From an uncultured virus (IMG/VR IMGVR_UViG_3300042319_001124) (taxonomy: Duplodnaviria; Heunggongvirae; Uroviricota; Caudoviricetes): a stretch of 29,740 bases of DNA. Position 1 is the stretch's first letter. The number at the start of each line of letters is the position of its first letter. Both the position numbers and the translations under genes were made by a program. Shown here one piece after another: positions 16,004-24,247 of this stretch. Location: IMG/VR virus record IMGVR_UViG_3300042319_001124. One strand, 5' to 3'. The notes under the pieces were generated by a model. That model did no database searches and was not told the DNA's origin. It saw only the letters and a program-made list of their open reading frames with translations.

Positions 16004-17554
16004 TTACCAAGTTGCAATAGCAACTCTTCTCCAAGTATTTGCTGCAACACACACATAAATATAGGATGCATCAACTATTATTGTTCCTACTGTTCCTGGA
16101 GAACTAGATGTAAGAGGAGCAGTTCCCATACCATCCATAAGTCTTAAGTCACCAAAGATTCCAGTAACTGTAGTTGCAGTTGTACCTATTACAGTAGTAT
16201 TAGAACCAAGTCCTCTTGCATCACAACCAATTACAATTTGATTAGTTTGATTATCAGCAGTTCCTCCTTTTGATCTTGCTCCAATAAAAATACTTTGATT
16301 TGCTTGTGTTATTTGATCAGTATTATTATTTTGAGTAGAACCTGCATTTTGACCTAAAAATAAATTTTCACTTCCTTCTTTAAAACTTGCTCCTGCCACG
16401 TATCCTAAAGAAGTATTGTAATTTGCAACTGCAAGAGCATCTCCTAGATTGGGAGTAGCACCATATCCTACAGAAGTATTGTAATTTCCAATTACATTAC
16501 TATTTGCACAATTATAACCTATAGCAACATTATGTTTTCCAGTAGTATTTCCTCCACCAGCACTAGCTCCTACAAAAGTATTAGCCTCGCCAGTAGTGTT
16601 AAATTTAGCAGCAGCAGAACCGACTACTGTATTCCATTTTGCAGTAGCAGTAGAACCTCCAGCAATATAACCAATAAAAGTATTTTCAGAACCTGTTGTA
16701 AGAGTTCCACCAGTAAGACAGCCTAAGATTGTATTGTTTTGAGCTGTTGTTGCATTTAACCCAGCACTTTTTCCAATAAAGGTATTTCTAGTATCTCCCT
16801 GAGTAGGTCTAATTTCAAGTGGATTACTACTACTTGCAGAATCAGATATTACAACTAAAGGAGTATTATGAGCAGTTGGAGGCACAATAGGAATAGTAGA
16901 TTTAATTGTAGTAGCTCCTGTTACATTAGTAACACCAACTATTGTAGTTGGTCCTGTGATACCCGTAGCTCCTACTATGTTAGTAGGACTTGCTACAGTA
17001 ACTAAAGATCCTGTATCTGTAATATTACTATCTATTAATTCTCCAGGAGTACTTGAATACTTAGGAACTACATTTGTAGTTCCATGCCCTGTTACAGGTT
17101 CAATTAAAGTAGGTTGTATTCCTAATGCAGCATAAGTTTGATTTTCCCACTGAGAAGTAGATAGATTATATGCTAATAAATCATTATCTGCAAGTGTACC
17201 AATAGTTACATCTGTAAGATCATTTAATTCATCATATACAGGAGGAGGTAAAACAGGAAAGAAATTGTATACTTTATTTGAGTAATCAATTCCAAATACA
17301 ATTAAACCATTAGGATATGTAAAGTCTGATGCAACTAATCCAGTGTTTTCTTCACCTAATTGTACTTCTCTCCAAATCCATTTTGTCTTTTCATCTATAC
17401 AAAATACTTCCATACTATCATGGTAAGTATAAGCTAAATTACTAGAAGTACCTAGGTTTCCTAAAGTTGCTTCATCTGGTGAAAATAGTTTAGCATCAAG
17501 AGGTACTTGAGCTGGTACTATTAAACCTGTAGGTATATTATTTACTGGATTCAT
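16004..17554 (-). CDS. Tail fibre protein with Gly-rich 14-aa beta-roll repeats
   Basis: 516 aa. Repeats NTFIGKSAG, NTILGCLTG, NTFIGYIAG, NTVVGSAAA, NTFVGASAG, NVAIGYNCA. Also LNDLTDV..GTLADNDLLAYN...WEN fibre motif and C-terminal DASYIYVCVAANTWRR. Confidence 0.75.
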   Translation of the reverse strand: MNPVNNIPTGLIVPAQVPLDAKLFSPDEATLGNLGTSSNLAYTYHDSMEVFCIDEKTKWIWREVQLGEENTGLVASDFTYPNGLIVFGIDYSNKVYNFFPVLPPPVYDELNDLTDVTIGTLADNDLLAYNLSTSQWENQTYAALGIQPTLIEPVTGHGTTNVVPKYSSTPGELIDSNITDTGSLVTVASPTNIVGATGITGPTTIVGVTNVTGATTIKSTIPIVPPTAHNTPLVVISDSASSSNPLEIRPTQGDTRNTFIGKSAGLNATTAQNNTILGCLTGGTLTTGSENTFIGYIAGGSTATAKWNTVVGSAAAKFNTTGEANTFVGASAGGGNTTGKHNVAIGYNCANSNVIGNYNTSVGYGATPNLGDALAVANYNTSLGYVAGASFKEGSENLFLGQNAGSTQNNNTDQITQANQSIFIGARSKGGTADNQTNQIVIGCDARGLGSNTTVIGTTATTVTGIFGDLRLMDGMGTAPLTSSSPGTVGTIIVDASYIYVCVAANTWRRVAIATW

Positions 17555-18561
17555 TATACTAGTTTTTTAAATTTAAAATAAATATTACTAAAACTGTAAG
17601 CTATTTTAGATACAAATAATGCTAAACTCATAGTGTTATCATAATACACATCAAATTGATCAGTAATATCATTATTCAAACTATCTGTAACAGTGAAGTT
17701 CTGAACTTGAGTTGGAGCAATAGCAAAGCAAATTCTACCTATCTCAGTGTAATTTACAATGTGTCCTTGTTCAAAAGTAGAAAAAGGTAAGTTTGGTTTA
17801 GTTGCAATAAAAGCAGGATTAAGTAAAGGAATGATATCATTAATATCATCTAGAATATTATCTAATTGCCAGTAGTAAACTATACTTCCTGCTTCAAGTT
17901 GATCAATAATATCTGTAACACTCACACCTAATTTTTTAATACATTTTGAAATTTTACTAAACTTATATTTGGTAGCAATGTAAGATGCTTCTTCAGTATC
18001 TTCAGCCATAGCATAATCTTTATAATAAAAAGATGCATAGTAATAACTTAGTATTTTTAACATAGGTTCTTTAACAGAAGCAGAACCAAATACTTTTTCA
18101 TTAATAATAGTGCAGATTACTTCATCAGTAAAATCACATACACTACTTTGAGTTATTAGATTAACATAAGTCTGATAAGTAGGATAACTTATAGAGTTTA
18201 TAGCAAAAGATTTCATATAAGCTCCAAGGTAATCTTGACATTCATTACACTCTGCACACTCATCACATTTAGCACAGCCACACAATAATTTCTCTGCATC
18301 TGCAATAAAAGAAGTAAGTAAGTTTTGAAAAGTTTCTACTGTAAATGAGTCTGTACTAAGTGCAGTAGATAAATCTATAGTGTAGTTACCATCTGTAGCA
18401 AAATTAATAGTAACTGTACTTCCAGGTTGTATAGTACCTGTAGAAATTACATTATCAGCATCACACAAATTCTTAACTATTTGGTATTCCATTACAATAC
18501 TCTCTTCATTCTTAAGAGTATGTACATCCTTGTATTCAGTATATGTATATGATAATGCCAT
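17554..18561 (-). CDS. Cys-rich putative structural protein (fibre hub/adaptor candidate)
   Basis: Start placed at ATG 18561 (MALSYTY...) because the track's TTG start at 18585 lies inside a promoter element. Contains LCGCAKCDECAECNEC. First gene of the fibre block. Confidence 0.6.
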   Translation of the reverse strand: MALSYTYTEYKDVHTLKNEESIVMEYQIVKNLCDADNVISTGTIQPGSTVTINFATDGNYTIDLSTALSTDSFTVETFQNLLTSFIADAEKLLCGCAKCDECAECNECQDYLGAYMKSFAINSISYPTYQTYVNLITQSSVCDFTDEVICTIINEKVFGSASVKEPMLKILSYYYASFYYKDYAMAEDTEEASYIATKYKFSKISKCIKKLGVSVTDIIDQLEAGSIVYYWQLDNILDDINDIIPLLNPAFIATKPNLPFSTFEQGHIVNYTEIGRICFAIAPTQVQNFTVTDSLNNDITDQFDVYYDNTMSLALFVSKIAYSFSNIYFKFKKLV

Positions 18562-18582
18562 GAGAAGAAAGTTTATAAGGTT

Positions 18583-18590
18583 CAAATATA
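18583..18590 (-). promoter_or_regulatory. Bacteroidota-type -7 promoter element (TATATTTG)
   Basis: Exact TAnnTTTG match 21 nt upstream of ATG 18561, directly after a terminator T-tract. Confidence 0.6.
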
Positions 18591-18591
18591 C

Positions 18592-18632
18592 AAAAAAATA
18601 AAAACATCTCTATTGGTAAATAGAGATGTTTT
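18592..18632 (-). terminator. Rho-independent terminator ending the capsid block
   Basis: Perfect 14-bp inverted repeat AAAACATCTCTATT (18601-18614) / AATAGAGATGTTTT (18619-18632), 4-nt loop, followed on the minus strand by TATTTTTTT. Confidence 0.85.
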
Positions 18633-18653
18633 ATTTAATAGCTTATTTTAATA

Positions 18654-19814
18654 CTATGCTCTTAGAGGTTGTTCTAAAGGAGTATTAGTAATCCAAGCTC
18701 GTAAGAAATCTACCAATTCATCTTGAGTGTCTGTACAGTCTCCATCTTTACATGGGAATGCAAATACAGTGCTCAAAGGATTGCTATACTCTTGCCATCC
18801 TGATTCAGAACTTTGGTTATATTCCAAGATAACTTGGTTATAAGAAGTGTTCTTATCAGCTAAGAAAGTGATATTGCCATAAGCAGTACCAGTTACTTGA
18901 GACAATTTGTATGGTCCTGAACCAGCCCAACCTGAAGCATGATACTCTTTTTGTTGGATATTAATACCTGTACCTTGTGCAAAAGTAGGGTATTGGTTAA
19001 TAGTGGTTGCACCTGAACATCCAAAACCTTCAATTAAAGAAACAATCAAAGTAGTTTCTAATAATTTGTAGTAGTGTAAGTTTACTTGGCAGAAAGAACC
19101 AATAGACAAAGGTTGACTGATCAATTTAAAATCAGCAAATACTTGGTCAGCAGCTACAGCAGTAGAGTTGAACACAATTAATTGTGCAACATCTTCTGGA
19201 GTTACTTCATCACCAGTAGCATAGTCATTATCAGTATCATGGTCATCTGAAGTAATTTCTTGTCTTGCAACAAATACTGCTTGAACTAATCCAGAAATAT
19301 CTGCATTAACTACATCTACCATTAATTGGCTTAATACGTTAGCATCTAAGCTACCACATCCTTCAGCACAATCATCACAGCAAGGAGTTTTAACCATGTA
19401 AGCTTTGCTAAATTGGTTATAACCTTGGATTCTGTTGATTTTTGCATTACGGAATTCTACACGGATACCATACTCAGTATCACATTCTGCTCTAAAGTTA
19501 CCTACAGTAACTTCCATAGGTTCACCTGAAGTACAATCTACTTCTGTAAATCCTACTACACCTTTTCTTTGAATTACTTGACCTGCAGAAAATCTGAAGT
19601 CAGTACTTCCATTGTCTTTTTGATAAGCCTGTGCAAAGAAAATTTCATTTGGCATAGGATTAGTAAAAGCGTCTATAGATTCATTGGTAGCTGCATCAAA
19701 TGCACCAATTTGTCCATTATTCAAATCTTCAATAGCATTTCCATTTCCAAAGAAATTACCATCACAGTTACTCTCTACGAGTACTGAAAAAACATCATTG
19801 TTACGATTACTCAT
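18654..19814 (-). CDS. Putative auxiliary capsid / structural protein (crAss-like)
   Basis: 386 aa, acidic and beta-rich. CDTEYGIRVEF, AQGTGINIQQKEY and YNQVILEY...STVFAFP resemble crAss-like auxiliary capsid proteins. Downstream of the MCP. Contains CCDDCAEGC. Confidence 0.6.
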   Translation of the reverse strand: MSNRNNDVFSVLVESNCDGNFFGNGNAIEDLNNGQIGAFDAATNESIDAFTNPMPNEIFFAQAYQKDNGSTDFRFSAGQVIQRKGVVGFTEVDCTSGEPMEVTVGNFRAECDTEYGIRVEFRNAKINRIQGYNQFSKAYMVKTPCCDDCAEGCGSLDANVLSQLMVDVVNADISGLVQAVFVARQEITSDDHDTDNDYATGDEVTPEDVAQLIVFNSTAVAADQVFADFKLISQPLSIGSFCQVNLHYYKLLETTLIVSLIEGFGCSGATTINQYPTFAQGTGINIQQKEYHASGWAGSGPYKLSQVTGTAYGNITFLADKNTSYNQVILEYNQSSESGWQEYSNPLSTVFAFPCKDGDCTDTQDELVDFLRAWITNTPLEQPLRA

Positions 19815-19831
19815 GACTTTTAGTTATTTAA

Positions 19832-20533
19832 TTAAACAATCTGATTAAAACCTAACTTACTAGCTTTAACTTGTAAGTCTGAAGTTTGCACTTCACTTGC
19901 TGCAAGCATCACTGCTATATCAACAATTTCCCTATGTACATGTGCAGGAAGATCACATTGAACAGTACCTGTTAAAGTTATCCCAGAAGGGTGAACATAA
20001 CTTCCTGTTCCAAAATCTTGTGCATTATGAAAATAGGGCCATTTTCTAATATATGTCAGTTTAGCTTCATCTATTGTAAATGTACCATCTGTAAAGGATT
20101 GAATACCTTGAGAGTTATAAACTCCGTTGACTTCTCTCCATTCAAAGCTGGCATTATAAAATGTACTTTCTTCAAACAAGTCTCTGTGCTCTCTAATGTA
20201 GAGCACAGCTTCTTGTGATTTGCAATTATTTTTTGATAGTCTTACTCTACATCTTACAAAATATAAGTAGTCTGCAGGTAAGGTAATTAAACTATTACTA
20301 ACAGGTAACCAAGTTCCTTCTGTAACAATAGATTTAATATCATCAATTATTCTCTGACTAGACTCAAAACCAAGACCATTCTCTACTTTAGGTTGTGACA
20401 CTCTTTTAACAAAAAGTTCAGCAGCCTCATTGAGGAACCAATCAATCTCAGGAACTAAAAAGTTCTTGTTCTTTTGGCTATCTACTTTATTGAACTTCTT
20501 CTTAAAGTCATAGTGCATTTCCCTAGTGGTCAT
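19832..20533 (-). CDS. crAss-like ring / head-tail connector protein
   Basis: 233 aa. MTTREMHYDF...VDS....FLVPEIDWFLNEA, GFESSQRIIDDI, LPADYLY, YIRKW and CDLPAHVHREIVDIAV are typical of this conserved family. Confidence 0.75.
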   Translation of the reverse strand: MTTREMHYDFKKKFNKVDSQKNKNFLVPEIDWFLNEAAELFVKRVSQPKVENGLGFESSQRIIDDIKSIVTEGTWLPVSNSLITLPADYLYFVRCRVRLSKNNCKSQEAVLYIREHRDLFEESTFYNASFEWREVNGVYNSQGIQSFTDGTFTIDEAKLTYIRKWPYFHNAQDFGTGSYVHPSGITLTGTVQCDLPAHVHREIVDIAVMLAASEVQTSDLQVKASKLGFNQIV

Positions 20534-20538
20534 AGCTC

Positions 20539-21342
20539 TTAGTTATTAATCTTAGACAATATCAACATTTTTATATCCTGATTTTCTTCTTTAGAAAGGT
20601 ACTCAGCAACCTCAATTTCATCAATACCTAAAGGAGAATCCATGTGGAAAATTCTTTGTCCTTCTTTTCTTAAAACAGATTTCTGTAAGGCTTCTAAAAC
20701 AAGAGCATGTGATGCAGTTGTTTTCTTATCCATATTCAGGTGTCTTAAGAACTCTCCTGGGTCTTTTGTAATAATCTTATCTAACTCCACAGCAACAAAA
20801 TCCTGTGATTGGTTCTTCATATTCTTACCACCTAATACTAAGATAAGTTGTATCTTTCTGTCTAGGCTTAATTTAGAAGCTTCAATAATAGCAGTATTCT
20901 TTTGCTCTACTTTACTTGCTAATACTTGAGCTTGTTCTGCCTCATCAAAAATAACATGAGTAGCTTCAGGCCAAGCACCTTGATCATACTCTGCCATTGA
21001 ATTGGCAACATACTTACTGGCTTTCATAACTCTTACTTTAATAAAGTCTAGAGCATTTGCCATGTCAAAGAACATTGTGTTATTCTCTAATTTGATAACT
21101 GCCATTCCTGAATCCCAAAATGGGTGAGGGTTATCTGAATTGTAGTTATCTGATAAATCATAACTAACATTTCTTTTGGCTAATTCTTTAATGTCTTCAG
21201 CACTTAATCCTGTAGCATACTTCATTGTATTACCATCTACTAAGGCTTGAATTTTTTTAGGTCTTGTGAAAGACTCTTGACCTGTTTTATTGTGCCATCT
21301 TTTTGACTCAATAGGTCTGACTTCAACTTTTACTGATGCCAT
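20539..21342 (-). CDS. Conserved crAss-like protein encoded downstream of the MCP
   Basis: 267 aa. YATGLS, FWD...IKL....FFDMAN and LG.DEIEVAEYLSKEENQDI resemble the conserved post-MCP gene of crAss-like phages. Function not assignable here. Confidence 0.65.
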   Translation of the reverse strand: MASVKVEVRPIESKRWHNKTGQESFTRPKKIQALVDGNTMKYATGLSAEDIKELAKRNVSYDLSDNYNSDNPHPFWDSGMAVIKLENNTMFFDMANALDFIKVRVMKASKYVANSMAEYDQGAWPEATHVIFDEAEQAQVLASKVEQKNTAIIEASKLSLDRKIQLILVLGGKNMKNQSQDFVAVELDKIITKDPGEFLRHLNMDKKTTASHALVLEALQKSVLRKEGQRIFHMDSPLGIDEIEVAEYLSKEENQDIKMLILSKINN

Positions 21343-21401
21343 AATTTTTTTCTCTTTAAATTAATGAACTTGTTTAAGGAAAACCTTTTTCCCTTTACCA
21401 C

Positions 21402-21426
21402 CAAAAGCTCCCTGTTACAGGAGCTT
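21402..21426 (-). terminator. Terminator-like hairpin downstream of the MCP
   Basis: Minus strand AAGCTCC-TGTAACAG-GGAGCTT then TT: 7-bp stem, extendable with a bulge, and a short U-tract, consistent with a leaky terminator. Confidence 0.55.
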
Positions 21427-21445
21427 GTTGATAGATAATACAATA

Positions 21446-21514
21446 TTATTTTCTTGGTTTCGGCTTCATTCCACCTGTCTTAGGTTTACATGAAGTTGAA
21501 GTACTAATCTTCAT
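21446..21514 (-). CDS. Basic micro-ORF (22 aa) directly after the MCP, not in ORF track
   Basis: TAA-G-ATG junction with the MCP stop. Encodes MKISTSTSCKPKTGGMKPKPRK*. Lies before the post-MCP hairpin. Confidence 0.5.
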   Translation of the reverse strand: MKISTSTSCKPKTGGMKPKPRK

Positions 21515-21515
21515 C

Positions 21516-22973
21516 TTAGTTACGAGACAAGATTAACTCACCACATTTAGTGATGTCATGGATATGGATACCACATGATTTTTCAACATGCATTTCATAG
21601 TAAGAACCAGAGTGTGCAGAAGAACCACCATTTTTAGGACCATAAGGACCATACATACCTTCAACATAAGTAAAGGCAAAACCATCTTTCTTGTTCATAA
21701 TCTTGATGTTAGAGTTTTTAGACTCTCCAGAGAAATCTAAGAAAGTAATACGCTGAGACTCAATAGGGAATCCAGTTACTTCATCAATTTCAAAGTTAAT
21801 CTCTCTATCATCATACAATGGGTTATGGATAAGCTCTAAGCTAGCACCATTTGCCATGTTATATTTCACGAATTGGTAACCTGCCTCAAGTGCATTAGTG
21901 TGTACTGAGTTAGTCACTTTGTTAGTGTATACCTCAATATTTTTAATGAAACCTGATTTGTTTTGCCAATCTTGTATTGCTCTGTGGAATTGCAACATAC
22001 CATACTCACCTGTAAAACCTTTAACTTGACGGCCTTGACCTGGTTTAACACGAGAATAGAAAATATCTTGCAAGTACTCTTCAATTAACTTAGCAGTTAA
22101 GTGAGAATAACGGTGTTGGTGAGAATCTTCCAATTGCTCTTGGATTCCAGGACCCATTCTTACTGGTCTACCATTAGCACCTAATACAGTATCTGCAGAT
22201 CTTGAATACCAATATCCACGTTCTACTTCTCTGTACCATTGTTGCCAATATTCAACTTCAGCATAACGCATCCATGAATTATGATAAGCACCTTTAGAAT
22301 CAGGAATAGCTACAGCCAATACTTCAGTTGAAGCATAGTCAGTAATACGATATTCTTTACGATATTTAGACATTCTATTACGGAAAGCAATAGGTAAGCT
22401 AAATACAGTAGAACCTGATTGTTCAGCAGCTTCTTCATATTGAGAGAACAATTTACCCCATTGTTGTCCTGGTTTCAAATATTTAACAGGCATAAATGCT
22501 TGTGGATCATCTGAATTCATTCTAACAGTATAAACAGTTCCATCACCATGTTTTACACCTTGGTTTTGGATACGAACTTGATACTTTTTGTTAGAGGTAC
22601 CTGGCATGATAACATCCCCTGGTAAATACCAATTTTCATCAAGTTTAATTTTGAATGTTTTTTTGAATTTACCTGGAGTCAAGTTTCCTTCAGATTCAAC
22701 ATTCTCTACAACAACTAGAGGTCTAGTGTTTGCACCTTTTAATTCCCACTCCCATTCTGTATTACCAATAGTTTCTTCTGTCTTAGAGTTACCCATCAAC
22801 AATGAAGACATTGGATTGTCAGAATAATAATTCTGAGCTGAGAAAAGTTTGTCCATTTCTCCTAAGATACGGTGTGGTTTTGCAATCAAAGCAGCACCTA
22901 AGTGAGACTGCTCAGTCATGTTTGCATTCCATTCCATCTCTTTCACGAGAAGTCTACTTCCTAATGTAGCCAT
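21516..22973 (-). CDS. Major capsid protein (crAss-like)
   Basis: 485 aa. EWEWEL, GQQWGKLFS, FRNRMSKYRKEY, GRPVRMGPGIQEQL, FTGEYGM..F and LELIHNPLYDD match crAss-like MCPs. Position follows portal and scaffold-like genes. Confidence 0.92.
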   Translation of the reverse strand: MATLGSRLLVKEMEWNANMTEQSHLGAALIAKPHRILGEMDKLFSAQNYYSDNPMSSLLMGNSKTEETIGNTEWEWELKGANTRPLVVVENVESEGNLTPGKFKKTFKIKLDENWYLPGDVIMPGTSNKKYQVRIQNQGVKHGDGTVYTVRMNSDDPQAFMPVKYLKPGQQWGKLFSQYEEAAEQSGSTVFSLPIAFRNRMSKYRKEYRITDYASTEVLAVAIPDSKGAYHNSWMRYAEVEYWQQWYREVERGYWYSRSADTVLGANGRPVRMGPGIQEQLEDSHQHRYSHLTAKLIEEYLQDIFYSRVKPGQGRQVKGFTGEYGMLQFHRAIQDWQNKSGFIKNIEVYTNKVTNSVHTNALEAGYQFVKYNMANGASLELIHNPLYDDREINFEIDEVTGFPIESQRITFLDFSGESKNSNIKIMNKKDGFAFTYVEGMYGPYGPKNGGSSAHSGSYYEMHVEKSCGIHIHDITKCGELILSRN

Positions 22974-23012
22974 TTTGCATTTAATTTAGAGTTAATAATA
23001 TATAGTTTTAAT

Positions 23013-24167
23013 TTAGTCTAGGTAGTCCCAAACTGCCTTTTTACTTGATTTAGTTTCCCCACCTGAGTTAGACAACCTTTGTGTCTTATCTACTCTTTGG
23101 AGTTCATCTTTAATTCCTCTTGCTGCTTGAGATTGTTTCTTTCTCTCAATAGAACTGAAATCAAAATCTGACTTTAAAAGTTTAGCAAGTAAAACAATTT
23201 TGTCTTTATCTGCCATCACTTTAAATAAATCTGCCTGCATCTCACTTACTACTCTGCCATCTTGTAATTCTACAGTTGGCTCTGAAATATAAGTAGGAAG
23301 AACTGTTTTATCTTGTTTAGATAGAGGTAATCCTCCTGTCTCATCTAAACTATTGATATGACTAGTAATATTAGTTTTATACTCTCTAGCCTGTTTCTTT
23401 CTATATTCTACAGCTTGTTTTTGTCTTTCAACTTGACCTGCTGTTTCTTCTTCTTGTGCTGCTACAATTCTATCAAAAGATTTTTTAGCAATTCCTTCAA
23501 GTTTATCTTTCTCTTTTAAGAATTCAATTTGAGCATCAATGTATTCTTGGTCATGACCTTGGCTTCTTAATTCCATGGTTACTGCAAGAACTTGCACATC
23601 TTCATTATCAATATCACTATTCTTATTGATTCCTGAAGTAGCAGTCTGAATCATTTTACCTAACAATTCTCCTACATCTCCACCTTTAGAGGCAAACTTA
23701 ATAAGTTGCTTTAGTTCATCAGGTAAATCTTTAATAGTAGCTTCAACTTCTTTTTCTAAAGATTGTTCCCAAGAATCTTCTAATAGATGCTCAGCATCTT
23801 CTTCAGTAAGTTCTTGACCTTCTTCTAATTCAAAATCTACTAATCCTTTTTCTTTTAAAAATTCTAAAGTAGTTTTTGAAGAAATATTAGATGTACCTGT
23901 AGAAGCAGGTGCTCCTGCATTATCATCTTCCTCTTCATCTTTTTTACTTACAGGACTTGTAAAGTCTTTGAATTGGTCTTCTAGAATCTTTTCTTCTTCT
24001 AGAGTTTTTTCTTCTTCTTCTTTCTTTTTTGCAGTGTCTTCTACATCATTCTTTTCAACTGATGTGATTACATCTTCTACTAAATTAGTTTCTCCGAAGA
24101 AATCATGTTGTTGAGATGCATCTTCCCAACCTCCAAACTGATCAATGGTTTTCTCTGTTCCACTCAT
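23013..24167 (-). CDS. Acidic coiled-coil protein between portal and MCP (scaffold-like, conserved in crAss-like phages)
   Basis: 384 aa, E/D-rich low-complexity N-terminus, helical C-terminus. Synteny portal - this gene - MCP. Confidence 0.7.
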   Translation of the reverse strand: MSGTEKTIDQFGGWEDASQQHDFFGETNLVEDVITSVEKNDVEDTAKKKEEEEKTLEEEKILEDQFKDFTSPVSKKDEEEDDNAGAPASTGTSNISSKTTLEFLKEKGLVDFELEEGQELTEEDAEHLLEDSWEQSLEKEVEATIKDLPDELKQLIKFASKGGDVGELLGKMIQTATSGINKNSDIDNEDVQVLAVTMELRSQGHDQEYIDAQIEFLKEKDKLEGIAKKSFDRIVAAQEEETAGQVERQKQAVEYRKKQAREYKTNITSHINSLDETGGLPLSKQDKTVLPTYISEPTVELQDGRVVSEMQADLFKVMADKDKIVLLAKLLKSDFDFSSIERKKQSQAARGIKDELQRVDKTQRLSNSGGETKSSKKAVWDYLD

Positions 24168-24175
24168 AATTGTGA

Positions 24176-24183
24176 CAAATTTA
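24176..24183 (-). promoter_or_regulatory. Bacteroidota-type -7 promoter element (TAAATTTG)
   Basis: Exact TAnnTTTG match 8 nt upstream of the ATG of the scaffold-like gene. Confidence 0.65.
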
Positions 24184-24201
24184 AGTTTAATTATTTAATA
24201 A

Positions 24202-24242
24202 ATTACATTTCTAAAATGAAGTCTTCTCATTTAAAATGTAAT
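24202..24242. repeat. Interrupted inverted repeat between portal and scaffold-like genes
   Basis: ATTACATTT (24202-24210) / AAATGTAAT (24234-24242), with an inner AAATGA / TCATTT pair. Confidence 0.65.
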
Positions 24243-24247
24243 AGCCT

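Noticed and set aside
18238..18283. Ferredoxin-type [4Fe-4S] or radical SAM motif in the Cys-rich protein
   Set aside because: Spacing is CxCxxCxxCxxCxxC, not CxxCxxCxxxC or CxxxCxxC, and no enzyme context is present.
21343..21515. tRNA or known ncRNA in the largest intergenic gap
   Set aside because: No cloverleaf or T-loop motif; the gap is explained by a micro-ORF, hairpins and an A-rich leader.
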